Of a DNA stretch of 17,605 nt, positions 7,814 to 17,605 are shown piece after piece. Each line of letters starts with the position of its first letter. Position 1 is the stretch's first letter. Origin of the DNA: Ginkgo biloba (lineage: Eukaryota; Plantae; Ginkgophyta); the NCBI GenBank assembly GCA_024626585.2, contig JANKJI020000002.1, positions 22,888,795-22,906,399 of the forward strand. The letters are read 5' to 3'. The notes beneath the pieces are model-generated. The model was not told the DNA's origin. It saw nothing but the letters and a program-made list of their open reading frames with translations, and did not search any database. A program made the translations under genes and the position numbers.

Positions 7814-10297
7814 ACAACAATGACAAGTATAATATGACACCTAGTCTTGCAACTGCATTCCCATGTTTCAACCTCATAGGTTAGACATATATAGCAGTAA
7901 CTATTCACCAACTACATCTACACAAACATGGTATGTAGAATTAAAAGCTAAAGCATAGATCGCTTTTATAGGTAATGTACATACTAACAGACACACTTTA
8001 AGCATAAACTCCCAAGCATAAATTCCAAAGGTCCTAACCCCTAGTCATATCATGATATTCTCATGGACCGATGGTATATCAAAGTGATAACAAAGAAGCT
8101 ATGAAGAGTACTCTTCTTCTATATAGCATCAAATAGAGCCAACATGGGCAAGAAAATTCAAAGCCAACGCAGGGGTAAAAAAAAATTGAAATCGCTCAAT
8201 ACATTTGTCTATCGAGGTAAAATTTTCTTCTATACATTTTCACTTTGTTTTGTTTAGGGCTAAATTATTTTTTTCATAGTTAGATATAGTGGCTAATGTA
8301 GGATTTTTAATATATATTTTAACTTTATTAAGGCTATAGTTATGTACAAAATAATGTTGAAATTCGCCAAATAAAATTTTTAGCCTTTAAAAAATTCGCC
8401 AATTGGCTATAATTCACCCTTAAGATTTTCCCTGATCAACAAGCCCCTCGTGATCCCGACAATAACAGTTTGAGAGCAATCACCAAGTGGTGTCACCATA
8501 GTCATGCCCAAATTATCCATAGACACCTTCATATAGACTCATTAGATAATGCATAAAGAAAATATGGTCAAGCTAAAATAGGTGAGCATGTTGGAAAAGA
8601 AGATGCAACAAGTGGATCAAGAGATGGACAAGCTAGTGTAGTTTACGAAGGCCAAGGTAGAGAACCTTATGGATGTATCTGACCTGCTTGAGAATAGCAT
8701 AGCTATAAATATGATGTAGAAAATCATCAACTGACAACATGGACACCACATTAGAATAGCACAAATCAACCAACTCTAATAATAAGTTGGCAACCTATAA
8801 AAATTTAAATAGGATATCAAGAAAGAGTTACAGACCCTCAGGAAATTCCAACATGATCATGAGGCTCAAGTTCAAGAAAAGAAATAAAAATTCCACCAAG
8901 TTAAAAAGAAGACGCAGGAATCATTAAAGACATACTCCTGATACACATAGCTAGTAGAGGTGATAGTCAAGGAATGTACTTTTTTAGGTCAATATTTTTA
9001 AAGATAGCCACAGTTAGTATAGGAAGCACTTTGAGTGATTGAGAAGGTAATAATAGTCATAAAATAAATCAGCACTCAAATGGAGGTTGTAGAGGATTTA
9101 ACTCTCTTAAAGTTTCAATATCATAAGACACAACAAGCATACATTCAGACCCAAGGGGATGCTCCTAAAACCATTGGATTACGCTAGTAATACTAGGAAA
9201 AGGTTGAGTCTATGGAGTAATAGGTGAGGGCGCAGGTAAAAATTTACAAGGAGCACTTCAAATAGATTAAGGATGAGGTTGTCAAGTTTGATTCAAATGG
9301 AGTCGCTATCACTAGTACTATAGAAACTTATCTATAGTTGGTCTCCCAAGTCAGCAAGAAATGGTCCTAGTTGTAGATGGAGTTGTTTCTTACTTTATCT
9401 GACACCGTCTGAAATGACAAAGAACCCTACAAGAAAGGTTGAAGACCTTCTCCATTGGTTGTCGATCAAGTTTTAAAGTTTTCTCCCCACCTTATCTTGG
9501 GGAGAGACAATGCTTTAGGTGTAGGGAAGTGTTGGATGAGGATCTGACGCAAGTCAAATAAGGCCTAAATTGACATCGACGGGGGTGGCTCGTTGATGGA
9601 NNNNNNNNNNNNNNNNNNNNNNNNNNNNNNNNNNNNNNNNNNNNNNNNNNNNNNNNNNNNNNNNNNNNNNNNNNNNNNNNNNNNNNNNNNNNNNNNNNNN
9701 TTGATCGTTAAGATCAAGCAACTGATTAAGAATTTAGTCATTGCAATGAAAATTTATGATTATGTGATGTGTCTATATGGAAGGTTGCATCTCTTAAAGG
9801 TGCCTCCACTATTTCTAATGTATATATTTCTCCCATAAGGGCTATGTAATCATCCATCCATTAGTCAATTAATAATAGTGGAGTATTTTTATCTATCTAG
9901 ACTAACCTTAACATTTGCTCAAGTTAGATGGTATAATGGTGAGATTATTATACCAATGATTTCCTACTATCTATTAAGAGTCTTGATTGCATGATTTCCT
10001 TTCTAATTCATGAATGCATCATGTATCTTACTCTGTAAACATATAGTGTGATTTGCTAGTACTTGCACATCTATTAGTAAATAATCCTTCTTCAGTGGGT
10101 GTTCCGTGAGTTGACAGATATCACAATATCGCACAAAGTCTATGGTGTCCTAGAAGACTTGTGGCCACCATAATCTTGATATGAAAGTTTGTTAGTAGGA
10201 GATTTGTACCTAACGAAATAAGAAGACATTGATGAATAAAACGTTAACTAGGCCCCAGATGACATTGCAGCCAAAGGAGAAAGACTCCTCGAAAACT

Positions 10298-10395
10298 CAA
10301 ATGACGATGTGGTAGATTCAAAATAATGTGGTAGATCCAAGTGATGATGTTATAGTCTAAGTGATGATGTAGTAGTTCAAATGATGATATTGTAG
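10298..10395. repeat. Degenerate ~21-bp tandem repeat
   Basis: AA(A/G)TGATGATGT.GTAG.T.C unit repeated about 5 times. Confidence 0.75.
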
Positions 10396-10444
10396 CATAA
10401 AATTGGCATCGACAACAACATTAATGACATTAGTTGTAACAATA

Positions 10445-10905
10445 AAGATGGTCTAAGATGGTCAAATTCGTTGGTCAAAGGCAGTGAAAGTCGCAGTAGG
10501 ACAACAATTAACATTGTATAATTTGATGGTCAAACTTGGTCAAAGATGTGGTTAGAACCAATCTGATGTAAGATGCAATAATTATGGTCAAAACCGACTT
10601 AAATAAGGAGCATTTATGATGTAGTCAATGTTGGTCAACACTGTTAGTTGACTTAAGGTACAAAAAGTGATGTCAACCCACTCTAAGGAGCAATTATTAC
10701 GTGGTCAAAGTTGGTCAACATTATCAAGAGTCGACTTAAGGAAGTATGGATCATTAATGATGACATCAACCGACTTTAGGGCACATTAAAGATGCGATCA
10801 AACTTGTTCAACGCGGCAGAGCCTACTTAAGGTACAAGGGGTGACATTAGTTGACTTTAAGGAGTAACTATGATGCAGTCAACACTAGTCAATGCCGACT
10901 TAGGG
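10445..10905. repeat. Degenerate modular tandem array (~80-95-bp period), possibly LTR U3 repeats
   Basis: Recurrent motifs GGTCAAA.TTGGTCAA, CCGACTTAAGG and GACTTTAAGGAGCA in a repeating order. Confidence 0.7.
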
Positions 10906-11097
10906 TTAAATCAACTACATTTATTACCTAGAAATTCGTACTTAAGAATTAAATAAGGGGAGAACCATAAATACACTTAATGCAACTGTAATTAATNNNN
11001 NNNNNNNNNNNNNNNNNNNNNNNNNNNNNNNNNNNNNNNNNNNNNNNNNNNNNNNNNNNNNNNNNNNNNNNNNNNNNNNNNNNNNNNNNNNNNNNNN

Positions 11098-11379
11098 TAT
11101 AAATAGGAGAGAATCTCCCTTAAAAAGGGTTTGAGCGCCTAGCATTAAAGACGTTTCTTACTGTGAGAGCCAAGTGATAGCATTTAATGCTAGATTCTTG
11201 AGAATTTTCGATGTACTATCATGACTATTTAATGAAGATTCCTTGTAGCCCTAGAATCGCTTCTATGTTCTATCATGATTTCTCTATTTATGTGTAATTA
11301 ATGTATGTTTACTAATGAATGGCATATAGCCATCCATTGGCTTAAGTGGGTCCCATTGGGTCCCCAATTTTAACCAACA
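11098..11379 (+). mobile_element. Possible LTR 3' half (TATA-R-U5)
   Basis: TATAAATAGG at 11098, a T-rich U5-like tract, and an end TTTTAACCAACA followed by A-TGGT. No recognisable full PBS and no second copy. Confidence 0.35.
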
Positions 11380-13053
11380 ATGGTCCATCCAAATATGATG
11401 TTGTCCACTAAAAGTAACATCAAATTTATGCCAATAATTGCACATATTAACAAGCTATAAATGATTTAACTATCTTAACACTCTTCTATGCGATGTAGAA
11501 ACTTGATGGCAGAAGAACACATGTTGTTACTTGAACATACTAGAGTAGTAAGCTAAAACATAAACTATACTACTCAAAGCACATCATTAAGTGATATAAT
11601 TGAAGAATCACATAGGAGTGGCCTTTCATAAAGCATTCCTCAAGCTTTGAATTGAGCTACATCTTTCACACATGCCGTAACAACAACAAACCAAACAACG
11701 TAGATACTTATGTAAGTTTAAAATTATCTTTACTCTTAAAAGACATACAAGAAAAAGCTTGCATGGCTTGAACTCTTCCTACAACATGTAAAATATACTA
11801 TCCAAAGCCACATTAACTAAGGAATTTAGCTCACAATAGTAAAAAGTACATCCTAGACCAGATATTCAACCATTATTCCTCTCCTTCATTGCTTGTATAC
11901 TGGTTACAAGCACTTTTCTACATCCTTATCATGGTACCACTTTGTCCTATCGTAGGATAGTTTCTTGGTTGAAAATGACCTCCATAAGTAAAATTATGCC
12001 TTAGGATTTAGAATTACTAAGATTAGAATATCCTTCAAATATTCTCCTAATAATGTGCCAGCTTGCTTAATGTTAAAATGGTTATTTATAAGCAAAACAA
12101 CCCTCTCTGTACCGCACTTTTGTAAGGCTTCAACACTAGTCATTGCACCCACTTGTTGTCCAAAGGTGTAAAGAACTTGTGGCTTTCTCCTCGTTTGAAT
12201 AAAAAATGAGTTGTACAGTTTGTGTGTGCACTTGGGCACACACTTTGCTTGCACGAGCACTAGACCTCATTGTGTGGTTGCCCACACGACCTCGAGTAGG
12301 GCCTAAATAAATGGAGTCTTGTTCTGATTGGCTACAAAAGTGGGCTTTCAGTCTTTTTGGCCCATGTTCGATCCCCCATAATCATTTTGTAATCATCTCA
12401 TGGAGATACAAGAGACAATTATAGAACAATAGGTGATTGACATGATTGAAGAACAATTTGTGAATTCCCTTATGTAAAACACACTTACTCTCACTATGAA
12501 GGCCAACCAACTCAAGGATGCATTAAGGAAAGGATTTGGAAAATTTAAAGCTTGTTTATTTCAACCCAAGGGATATCATCCGTAGGAACCATAATTGCTC
12601 CATCAGATGCATGTGGGAGCTCATATTACAAATGTTACTAGAGAGGAATTTGAAAATTTGTTGTACAGGGCCACCTTAGGCCATTCCAAAGATCCTATAT
12701 AAGAGTTTAATTAAGGGAAAAAATACTGTTTATATGGCAAGGCAGCGAGTGTGCTCACTCATGCCCCTTGTCGAAATAATTTAATGGCTGACTTAGAAAG
12801 GGACCCATGCACTTGAGGTAGGCGTAAGTGAGGGTGGCGCCTCCTATTAAGATGGTGCATAACATGGAATTTAAATGAGATAATTCTATTAATGAAATGA
12901 CTCTAAGACACAATAGTACAAGATAGACTCTAGACAAGAGCCCAAATTGTTGACAAGATTAAAAGATTGGAAGCGAGTGAGACAAAATAGTTAGTTTTTC
13001 AAACTATTAGGCCTTCATAAATCAAAGTCGCCGTGATTTCTCTAGATGCATAT

Positions 13054-13420
13054 GATCTTGAACATAACAAAAGCAATAGTATGAGAACATCTAGCATGTC
13101 CAGTTTGTTACTCTCCTCCAAACACACATTTCCCAAGGGAATTTTAATGTTTATTGACACACTATCGTTCTTGTGTGTTTTTATAGATGTTGAGGATAAA
13201 ATGATATGACAAGTCTATTGGGATCTTGTGAAATAAAAGCAATAGCATGAAAACATTCAACACATAGGCCAATGTCCAAATTGTTTATAGTCTACTCCAA
13301 GTGCATATTTCCCAAGGTAAATTTAATTTTTATTGGCACTATTATTATTTTTCTTTTTTATAGATGTCAAGGATACAAAGATATCCCAAGTTTATAGGGA
13401 TATTATGAAAGAAAATAATA
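13054..13420 (+). repeat. Diverged tandem duplication, ~170-bp unit x2.1, containing intron-like segments
   Basis: Units start at 13054, 13222 and 13399, sharing AAAAGCAATAG.ATGA.AACAT, ATTTCCCAAGG and TTTTATAGATGT..AGGATA. Confidence 0.85.
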
Positions 13421-14954
13421 AGAAGAAGACTCAACTTGAACATTCTGAAAATCAATAGTGGAAATGTTTATTGTGGATGAAACCATTCAATAAGATATCC
13501 CTTACATGATTTTGAACCATTTAATAATTGCATTGATGTGCAAGATTGAAATGTTCTTTGTAATTGTAGAAGAATAAGAGACACTATAATTTTGTGTCTC
13601 CAAGTGAAGTGCCACTCTTCTTGAAGAAGGAACACTCTTTCTTAAACCTTTTTTTTTTTAATTTTTTATTAGGGGATAAGGTGGGGTGTGNNNNNNNNNN
13701 NNNNNNNNNNNNNNNNNNNNNNNNNNNNNNNNNNNNNNNNNNNNNNNNNNNNNNNNNNNNNNNNNNNNNNNNNNNNNNNNNNNNNNNNNNTTCTTTTCAC
13801 AAGAAAAGATGATGTTGACTATTTTCCCATGAACGATGGCATTGTTTTCACTTTTAGTTACTGCATTTTGCCTCACTTTAGTCTTGAGTCTTAACCTAAC
13901 GTATAGTTTGAGGGGATTTTTTTCCCTTGTAATGGAAGTTCTATATAATAATCTATCACGCTAGTTTATTTGATCCATTTTTTGTGTGTTATTTCTATCA
14001 AGGGTCACTTTTAGCTTCAACTCTTTATTGGTTAACATCGTTGTTGATATGGTCCAAGCCAAGGCTCATGCAAAAGGGAGTAAATTGTTGTGGGTAAAAA
14101 TCTTGTTATTGGCAAAGAAGCAAATTAGTATTTTTCTTTTAATTTCACAAATGAATCCTCCTTGCAAGACACATTTTCAGATCAGTGAATGAATGAGGAA
14201 GTAAATGATTTTTGTGAGGATCCATTTTTTGATTCAGAGTGTCAAAGAGTGAAGGGAGTTTCTGATCCCCTTGGATTTAGGAAGTTCTTGTTACATTTGT
14301 GTGTAATAAGAGAACCGAAATGACATCACATCCACTACTGACCAAAAAGCAATCAATGGGACTAACATGTAAATGCAATTGATAGGTATAAGCAAGAAAT
14401 ACCTCGTCGAGGGTGTGCTTAAAGTAACTCCAAAGCTAAGGAAAAACTAATAAACACAACAAATAAGGAGAGAGTATATCAATATGAGTACAAGATCCTC
14501 GCACTGGTGGTGTGTATCTCCCTTTGTCAACACAAAATTTGATATTTGAGAAGGATGGTATAAAGGCCATCTATGTCGTTTGTTTGCCATGGGATGTTGC
14601 AAGAACAAAGAGGGGTAGTACAAGTTGGTTGTTAGTGGCCTTACATGCCATCTACCAGTACAAAATCACCCGAGATTTGTCTAATGAGAACCTCCACTAC
14701 ATGGTCATTAATGGCCTTTTGGCATGATGAGTCTTTGTCTTTTAATCCATGTCATTTATATTGATCATCCATCCGTAATTCTGTTTGTGTTATTGTAGCA
14801 CCCATGGCCATGCCTCCATTCTTGATGAGACAATCAACATGTCACCATTTGTGCTAGTTTTGCTTTGATGTATAATCTGTGTACTTGGATCCCTTTTATG
14901 TACACTTGGTATGATGAGATTGGGAGTTTTCTTGTGTGGGGCATCATTGAATAA

Positions 14955-15263
14955 CTACTTGCATGGAGAATGTAGGTAGCATTGATCTTGTAAATATCTA
15001 CTTGCATTTGGCTTGTAGGTAGCTACTTGCATAGGTGATGTAGGTAGCCTACTTGCATACCGCATGTAGGTAGCTACTTGCATTATGTATGTAGGTAGTC
15101 ACCTATACCAAAGGTGTAGGTATCTCACTTGCATTTCACATGTGGATAGCTACTTGCATTAGTGATATAGGTAGGTCACTTGCACTAGGAATATGAAGGT
15201 AGCTACATGCACTCCAAATGTAGGTAGCCTACTTGCATCGATTGTGCAATTAACCTACCTGCA
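14955..15263. repeat. Array of near-palindromic 18-19-bp repeats (TGTAGGTAG(C)CTACTTGCA) separated by variable 7-bp spacers, ~12 units
   Basis: Read directly from the sequence: period 25-26 bp; spacers TGGAGAA, TTGATCT, TTTGGCT, TAGGTGA, TACCGCA, TTATGTA, CCAAAGG, TTTCACA, TTAGTGA, CTAGGAATA, CTCCAAA, TCGATTG. Confidence 0.92.
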
Positions 15264-15688
15264 TGACTTTTGTAACTCTAATTAAGTCATTCTAAGATGT
15301 CAGTTATAATCAATTTGGATACAACCATTGTGATTAGTTAGCTATAGTTGGGTTTCAATTCGTTCATGAATGGATACATATTTTGTGATTAATGAAATAT
15401 ATAGGTAATTTTNNNNNNNNNNNNNNNNNNNNNNNNNNNNNNNNNNNNNNNNNNNNNNNNNNNNNNNNNNNNNNNNNNNNNNNNNNNNNNNNNNNNNNNN
15501 NNNNNNNNNNNNCCTCAGACGTTATTTTATCCTTTGATAATGGTAGGCAACTTTGTCAACCTATTAGATATCTAAACATCCCTAATACCTATTTATTTTA
15601 TAAGAGATCTAAGCATATGATAAGATAATGTATATTTTTGGCCAAATCTAGGCCTCAAACCCTAGTCCCAGCCCCAATTTCTACCCCT

Positions 15689-16125
15689 ATGGAGAAAAAT
15701 GTATCCAAAACCTCCTCTGATAGATCTGATGAGGAAGGTTGGAAAATAGTCAAAAGCATAGGAAAATTCATTGCTAGTGAGGATGGAATTCCTACAACCT
15801 AGCCAATGACTGCACCAAATAAGGTCGTATTGTCTAAGACACAAGTGCCTAAAGCTTTGGGGACCTCACAAGGTAGTTCGTTAATAAAAAATGATTCCAT
15901 TGGGAAGAAGTGCATCCCAAATCCTTAGGCATAATCAAGAGTTTTCCACAGATCTCCCCTACCACTCTTAGAGGACTAATTGGTACTACTATGCTAGGTG
16001 GTCAAAGCAGCCAATGAAGGGAAAACATTCAATCAATATTACACCATTACAAAAAAATATATGAATTTATAGAAGCTTTAGAGAATCCCTATCAAGTGTT
16101 GGCCAGCCTTAGGAAGAATGAGCAA
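15689..16125 (+). mobile_element. Possible LINE (L1-type) ORF1 C-terminal remnant
   Basis: Decayed frame MEKNVSKTSSDRSDEEGWKIVKS... and later ENPYQVLASL resemble the short DxEGWxxV and NxFxVL motifs common in plant L1 ORF1 tails. No ORF2 seen. Confidence 0.3.
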
Positions 16126-17019
16126 GGTACCATGGAGTGTGAATTTCCCTCACTCTCTTAATGATTAAGTGCATCAGTTAGAATGTGCATGGGCTTTCTG
16201 ACCCATGCAGAAAGGGCTCTATCAAGAGATTACATTAGGAAAATAAAGATATTATTGTCCTCTGTATTCAAGAGGTTAAGGTGGTGGGTTTTAAACTTTG
16301 CACCACCCTCAATGCTATCTTACTTGAAGGCCTTAGTTTCTCATCCATTTGCAGTTGATTTTATTTGACAATCTATAATGTCTAGCAAGAAGTTAGCCAC
16401 AATTAGATCTATACCATTTTTGCTTGATGTCATCATTTTGTTAGACATTCTTAGACATGCATAGCAAGTAATAGTATTCAATCTCCACCTCTTTTTACAA
16501 GTAGTGACTTATGTTTATTTTGCATCTTTGGCAGGGTTATTAGAACCACACTCATATTTGAGCTTCCAACCTCAATCTTAGCTTTGCACTTGTTCAATTG
16601 TGCCTTTGTAGGGGTGTCCACCTTACTTTGTAAAAATACAAGCTTGAGTTTACAATTTAATGGAAACATTTGAATAAAATTAATCATTTTGTAGTTGTTG
16701 TTAGGTAGGGTGAGCCGATTGTCGTTTGAAACCATTGGGGATTGATCACATTCAATAATGAAAGCAATTGAACACGGGGAATCGAGCAAAGAAGGGAAGC
16801 ATTACAATTCTATAGCATAATTGTTTTGAGCTTTTTGAGGACATAGGCTAAGAAATATTTGAGTGTCTGTGTGTGAAAAATTACTTAGACTATTGGGCTC
16901 TCTCAACAGGGGATCATAATTTCTCTATGATCCATGCTTCTTTTTACGAGCCTTTTGCAAAATCGTACACATTTTAATAGTAGGGCCTAGGCACGAAAGA
17001 GAGATCTCAAAATGCTTAG

Positions 17020-17605
17020 GGAAGATTCGAGATAGTAAATACTCCAATAGAAAAACCTTTTGAGGCTACTCTTTTAAATTTCCAATTGGATTGCAGGGAA
17101 GAAATTGTTGAGGAATCAATTTCTATAGTAAAAGAACTCAACAGAGAAAAAATGGTTGTTGATAGGAACAATAACGAAGAAGATATTAATAATGAACTAG
17201 AAATCATCATCTTCCCCATTGTTATAATTGTAGATGCTAAAGCTAGCCATGAAAAACTTTCCCTGAGTAGTCCTTCCACAACTTTGGGGAAGAAGCTAGG
17301 AAGATCTAGATTCGTTATTATTCAAGTTTGATGTTCTATGTAGAAGTTATGATTGCCTTAGTGCAGAAGAAAATATATTGTTTTCACTCTATAGGGAGCA
17401 TCGTTATACTGGTTCATGAGTTTGGAAGGGGACTCTATCATCATAAGGGAAGAAATGTGGAGATTTTTTTTTTGAAAAAGTATCTAGGGTACTATTAAGA
17501 TGTTGGCTTTAGATAGAAAATTCAATGGTTCAAATAAGTTGGAAGACTACATGAAACGTTAGGATTACCTCACAAGGTGATTTCTTAGATACAGACATGA
17601 TGACT
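17020..17605 (+). pseudogene. Ty3/gypsy gag (Retrotrans_gag-type) remnant, runs off the window
   Basis: Across frameshifts: GRFEIVNTP...FPIV.../MKNFP*VVLPQLWGRS*EDLDSLLFKFDVLCRSYD/..TL*GASLYWFMSLEGDSIIIREEMWRF/FLKKYLGY...LEDYMKR. This matches the gypsy gag pattern LPxFxGxxxEDPxxFLxEF...TLxGxAxxWFxxL..SIxSWEEM..F..KY...ESLEDY.ERF. Confidence 0.8.

Larger units (their letters stand above)
3349..15512. other. Seven scaffold gaps of nominal 100 N
   Basis: N runs at 3349-3448, 5870-5969, 7496-7595, 9601-9700, 10997-11097 (101 N), 13691-13790 and 15413-15512. Confidence 0.98.

Noticed and set aside
8170-8434. hAT-like MITE with CAGGG...CCCTG ends and AATTCGCCAA repeats
   Set aside because: The inverted match is only about 5 bp, and the flanks (AGCCAACG / ATCAACAA) do not form an 8-bp TSD.
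9480-9600. Gypsy pol end, PPT (AGGGAAG) and LTR start at TG 9530
   Set aside because: The purine tract is short, I found no convincing integrase or chromodomain upstream, and there is no second LTR to confirm it.
14955-15263. CRISPR array
   Set aside because: Spacers are 7 bp and repeats 18-19 bp, well below CRISPR sizes; there are no cas genes and the context is plant retrotransposons.
3190-15628. ORFs containing X runs (3190, 3271, 3275, 3303, 5850, 5860, 5867, 9593, 10942, 13594, 13658, 13688, 15392)
   Set aside because: They are artefacts of translating through N gaps.
16478-16789. 103-aa minus-strand CDS, or an LTR end at 16750 upstream of the gypsy gag
   Set aside because: The ORF has no recognisable motif, and the candidate LTR end (…GATCACA) is not followed by a recognisable PBS.
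17016-17279. Ser/Leu/Ile-rich minus-strand membrane protein
   Set aside because: It is the antisense shadow of the Glu/Asn-rich gypsy gag N-terminus.

Overview
AT-rich eukaryotic DNA, most likely repeat-rich intergenic sequence from a plant; the protein remnants resemble gymnosperm sequences I recall. It is eight short contigs (about 1.3-3.3 kb) joined by seven ~100-N gaps, so adjacency across gaps is unreliable. I found no intact protein-coding gene and no RNA gene. Contents: (1) a decayed chlorophyllase (CLH) pseudogene on the minus strand, with a fragment of a second CLH paralogue fused directly upstream; (2) a Ty1/copia retrotransposon arranged RNaseH-PPT-LTR-PBS-gag-protease-integrase, so one 200-bp LTR is shared between two head-to-tail copies; (3) a solo LTR of the same family with a perfect 5-bp target-site duplication (CCAAG); (4) a Ty3/gypsy gag remnant at the right end, a possible LINE ORF1 remnant and other LTR-like pieces; (5) several tandem arrays. 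The most unusual array (14955-15263) has conserved, near-palindromic 18-19-bp repeats separated by spacers that are nearly all exactly 7 bp and all different. All family assignments come from manual translation and remembered motifs; no database search was run.
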